Shown piece after piece: positions 40,624 through 43,780 of a stretch of DNA of 43,780 bases (positions are counted from its first letter, which is position 1; every line of letters starts with the position of its first letter). The position numbers and the translations under genes were made by a program. The DNA comes from a bacterium (GTDB lineage Bacteria; Hinthialibacterota; Hinthialibacteria; Hinthialibacterales; Hinthialibacteraceae), in the NCBI GenBank assembly GCA_041946805.1, contig JBHGBC010000033.1, positions 1-43,780 of the forward strand, in the 5' to 3' direction. The notes under the pieces were generated by a model. That model ran no database searches and was not told where the DNA came from. It saw only the letters and a list, made by a program, of their open reading frames with translations.

Positions 40624-41640
40624 ATGGGATTCGTCGAAATACTGGAAACCTTGATCAGCGGGCAATCCTTGACCGAAGAGACCGCGGGCGCGGCCATCGC
40701 CTCGGTGATGTCGGGGGAATGGACCGCGGCCCAGGTATCCGCGCTGCTGACCGCGCTCCGTTGCAAGGGCGAAACGGCGGACGAAATCGTCGGGGCGGCG
40801 CGGGCCATGCGCGCCTGCGCGGTGAAGATCCACCCGCGGCATCCCGGGACGATCGACACCTGCGGCACGGGGGGCGACCGCAGCGGCTCGTTCAACATCT
40901 CCACGACCAGCGCCTTCGTGGTGGCGGGCGCGGGAGTGCCGGTGGCCAAGCACGGCAACCGCACCGCCTCCAGCCTGTGCGGCAGCATCGACTTGTTCGA
41001 AAAACTGGGCGTCAATGTCATGGCTCCGCCGGAACGGATCGGCGATTGCATAGGCCGGGTGGGTTTGGGCGTGCTCTTCGCCCGCACGGTGCATCCGGCC
41101 ATGAAATACGCCGCGCCGGTGCGGTCGGAACTCGGCATCCGCACCATATTCAATTTTCTGGGCCCGCTGACCAATCCCGCGTTTCCCGATTACCAACTAG
41201 TGGGAATCAGCGATGCGCGCCGGCTCGAAACATACGCGTTGTGCCTGCAAAAGCTAGGCATCCAACGCGCCTGGGTGGTCACGGGCGGCGACGGCCTGGA
41301 CGAACTGACCCTGACCGGCCCCTCCCAATGCCTCGAAGTGACGCCGGACGCGGTCACCCGCCACGACCTGACCCCCGAAGACGCGGGATTGGAGCGCTGC
41401 GTCTACGGGGATCTCAAGGGCGGATCGCCGGACGACAACGCGGCCATCACCCGCGCCATCCTCGAAGGCCGCGAAACCGGCCCGAAACTGCGGGCGGTGC
41501 TGCTTAACGCCGGCGCGGCGATCCATGTGGCTGGAAAAGCGGCAAACCTGAAGGAAGGCGTGGCCAAGGCGCGGGAGAGCATCGTCTCCGGCCAGGCGTT
41601 GAATATTCTGCGGAAACTGGTGGCATTCACGAACCCGTAG
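40624..41640 (+). CDS. trpD: Anthranilate phosphoribosyltransferase
   Basis: DTCGTGGD, FNISTT, AKHGNR, RTIFNFLGPLTNPA, DGLDE. Confidence 0.97.
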   Translation: MGFVEILETLISGQSLTEETAGAAIASVMSGEWTAAQVSALLTALRCKGETADEIVGAARAMRACAVKIHPRHPGTIDTCGTGGDRSGSFNISTTSAFVVAGAGVPVAKHGNRTASSLCGSIDLFEKLGVNVMAPPERIGDCIGRVGLGVLFARTVHPAMKYAAPVRSELGIRTIFNFLGPLTNPAFPDYQLVGISDARRLETYALCLQKLGIQRAWVVTGGDGLDELTLTGPSQCLEVTPDAVTRHDLTPEDAGLERCVYGDLKGGSPDDNAAITRAILEGRETGPKLRAVLLNAGAAIHVAGKAANLKEGVAKARESIVSGQALNILRKLVAFTNP

Positions 41641-41729
41641 AAAATGCCGAATGGCTTGAGCGCGGCGAACCCCACCACCTCCTGGCCATCTTGCCCATCC
41701 TGGCCATCCTGCTACCGACAATACCCCCC

Positions 41730-42851
41730 TCACCCCAGCCGCACCGAATAAATCGGGGGAAAATTGTTCCCCAAACACCGCCAATGATCGCCCCGGTCGC
41801 GCGAATAATACACATTGCCCGTGGTCGTGCCGAACACCAGCGTGCCATCGTGGTAATCCAGTGCGTGCCGGAGGGTGATATCATAGCACTGATCCTGCGG
41901 CAATCCCGTGCGTAGGGTCTTCCAGGTCTGGCCGCCATCCTCCGTCCGGCAGACGCACACCGCTTGATTGTACGCCGCCCGCACCTGGTCGGATTGCGCC
42001 GGGACCACCCACGCGGTGTTTTCGTCCTCCGGATCGGCGGCGATGGCGAATCCGAAATGCGCCGGCCCGTCCTTCTCGGAAACCTTGGTCCAATTCCGCG
42101 CGCCATCCACGGTGCGGAAAATCCCGCAATGGTTCTGCTGCCACATCACATCGGGATTCGCCTGGCATTGGGACACTAGATGCGGATCATGCCCCACTTC
42201 CACGTTCGGATCGGGCAGATAATCGTTGGTCATCCCCCGGTTGCGCGGCTCCCAACTCTGGCCGCCGTCCGTGGTCTCGAAGACGCCCGCGCAACTGACC
42301 GCTACCCACAGCCGCCGGCTGTCGCGCGGATCAATCAGGATGGAGTGAATGCCTGGATTGTCACGGCCGCCGCCGAACCAGCTGGTCATGCGGGTGGGAT
42401 GGTTCCACAACGGCTCCACCAGCGTAAACTGCCCGTCCCCGTTTTCGCTGTAAAACAAACCTCCCGGCTCGGTTCCCATATACACGCGATGCGGCTGATC
42501 CAGACCGCCCGGCTGGGCCACCCAGAGGTATTTCAGCGTGGCGGGACGCGGCCCGGTCGCCGGTTCCGGCGGCTCCATGCCGGGAAACGTGGCCCCCAAT
42601 ATCGCCCCCGCGGGATATTTCGGCGCTTCCACTTCCTTCCAGGTGGTTCCCAAATCGTCCGAGCATTGCAATTTGGCGCCCCAATGCCCGTGATCCAGGC
42701 AGCACCACAGCGTGCCATGGCGGGCGTCGATCATGGCATACGAAACGGCCGCCCCGGCATGAGAGATATTACAGAATTCCCATTTCCCCTTGCGGCGTTC
42801 AAAAATGATCAAGCCTTTACGGGTGCCCAGCAACAGGTTTTTTTTCTTCAT
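41730..42851 (-). CDS. BNR/Asp-box repeat beta-propeller protein, cytoplasmic
   Basis: Asp-boxes CSDDLGTTW, TTDGGQSW, RTVDGARNW, RTEDGGQTW, SRDRGDHW; no signal peptide. Confidence 0.88.
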   Translation of the reverse strand: MKKKNLLLGTRKGLIIFERRKGKWEFCNISHAGAAVSYAMIDARHGTLWCCLDHGHWGAKLQCSDDLGTTWKEVEAPKYPAGAILGATFPGMEPPEPATGPRPATLKYLWVAQPGGLDQPHRVYMGTEPGGLFYSENGDGQFTLVEPLWNHPTRMTSWFGGGRDNPGIHSILIDPRDSRRLWVAVSCAGVFETTDGGQSWEPRNRGMTNDYLPDPNVEVGHDPHLVSQCQANPDVMWQQNHCGIFRTVDGARNWTKVSEKDGPAHFGFAIAADPEDENTAWVVPAQSDQVRAAYNQAVCVCRTEDGGQTWKTLRTGLPQDQCYDITLRHALDYHDGTLVFGTTTGNVYYSRDRGDHWRCLGNNFPPIYSVRLG

Positions 42852-42858
42852 GGTTATT

Positions 42859-43137
42859 TCACCCTCCTGAAAGCGCTTGCAGAATATGGATTTCCTGCGT
42901 CTCGTCCACGGGGTCGCTCAATCCGGCCCGGTCGCGAATCATCTCGTGGCCGATGAAGATGTTGACGTGTTTGCGCAACCGGCCGCGCTCGTCGAGAATA
43001 TAATCGGTCAAGCCGGGGTATCCCTGCTCCAGCCGCGCCAGCAGTTCCTTGACCGTCCGCCCAGCCGCCTGGCAAGTCCGGGGCACGGCAAAATGCCGGC
43101 GCAGGTGCTCGGGAAAATAAATATTCACCATTGTCAT
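42859..43137 (-). CDS. MoaD/ThiS family ubiquitin-like protein
   Basis: TVKELL..LE..YPGL..YILDERGRLRKHVNIFI, ending ILQALSGG (C-terminal diglycine). Start 43137 or 43131. Confidence 0.9.
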   Translation of the reverse strand: MTMVNIYFPEHLRRHFAVPRTCQAAGRTVKELLARLEQGYPGLTDYILDERGRLRKHVNIFIGHEMIRDRAGLSDPVDETQEIHILQALSGG

Positions 43138-43368
43138 ACACTCACGTATCCCAGGGAGTCTGGTGGATTTCCTTAGCAAGAGTTGGAATGGAGGAAAGCG
43201 GCGAGAAGAAATGGCTGTGTAGAAAATATCCCCATCCGGTTTTTTTCCCAGGGTGGAACGAAAAAAAACGGGCCGCATGAACATTTGTCCACGCAGCTCG
43301 GATTGTTGTTAGATTTTTTACATAGAATCCGTCATGTGTATATCTTTTCAGGCCAACGCGGAATTGGC

Positions 43369-43701
43369 TGCAGGCAAGATGCCTGCACCACAACCTCCTG
43401 GATCTCCGCATTTGCGGGGATGCCTTCCTTGCCTGTATTCATTTACCCGGTTGTGTAGAGGGAGATATTGAGGATGAATTGCGCATTTCCACGGCTTCCC
43501 TCTCCCTGGCCCTCTCCCGGGGAGAGAGGGAATCGTTGCCTGTTCACGTCCCTGCCCATACCGCGGATCAAGCACCGAGAAAGTTTTGCATTCGGGTAAA
43601 TAGTTTCAAGTTAAGTCTAATTCAGCAAGCTAGTTTGGTCAAAAAAAACCAACATTTAAGATGACATTTTTTGAGGCTCATCCGGTAAGTGCGTACTTTT
43701 T
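43369..43701. repeat. REP-like mosaic (cluster L)
   Basis: TGCAGGCAAGATGCCTGCACCACAA 43369-43393; CTGGATCTCCGCATTTGCGGGGATG 43398-43422; BoxC-like 43498-43530; GGCTCATCCGGTAAGTGCGTACTTTTT 43675-43701. Confidence 0.75.
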
Positions 43702-43780
43702 CTCCGTGGTTTGCTATGCCCTCCCATCAAACCGTCTGGAGAGAACAACCCCCAAGTCTCTCTCTGGGTGAGTGGATTGG

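Overview
GC-rich bacterial chromosomal window, mostly housekeeping genes. The GspG-like pilin with an LTTPVAY motif and the Pro/Thr-linker secreted proteins suggest a Sumerlaeota/Hinthialibacterota/Omnitrophota-like lineage (inference only). Left to right: a truncated BlaI/CopY regulator; a complete SUF Fe-S operon (sufBCDSU-sufT) whose promoter is overlapped by two palindromes; a secreted PT-linker protein; a small ORF coupled to a probable dCTP-deaminase stub; a large (Alu-domain) SRP RNA-dnaX-ybaB-recR unit; a cyclophilin; a 1198-aa single-pass membrane protein; a CgeB-type glycosyltransferase, DUF192 and LVIVD/PT proteins; larC and a flippase-like gene; an AT-richer defence island (C5 methyltransferase-DUF4928-Vsr plus convergent GmrSD); purN; an IolE-like epimerase; an FlhB-like protein; a pilin; two STAS proteins; tatA; a TagA-WcaJ fusion; trpD; and a MoaD/ThiS ubiquitin-like gene paired with a BNR beta-propeller. 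Main unexplained signals: (i) most larger intergenic spacers are mosaics of short palindromic repeats from several families, even inside sufB-sufC and dnaX-ybaB; (ii) a ~170-aa domain shared by two secreted proteins; (iii) the Ubl+propeller pair; (iv) the tandem suf operator. No tRNA, rRNA, CRISPR array or transposase was recognised. All family calls are by eye from motifs, without database searches.
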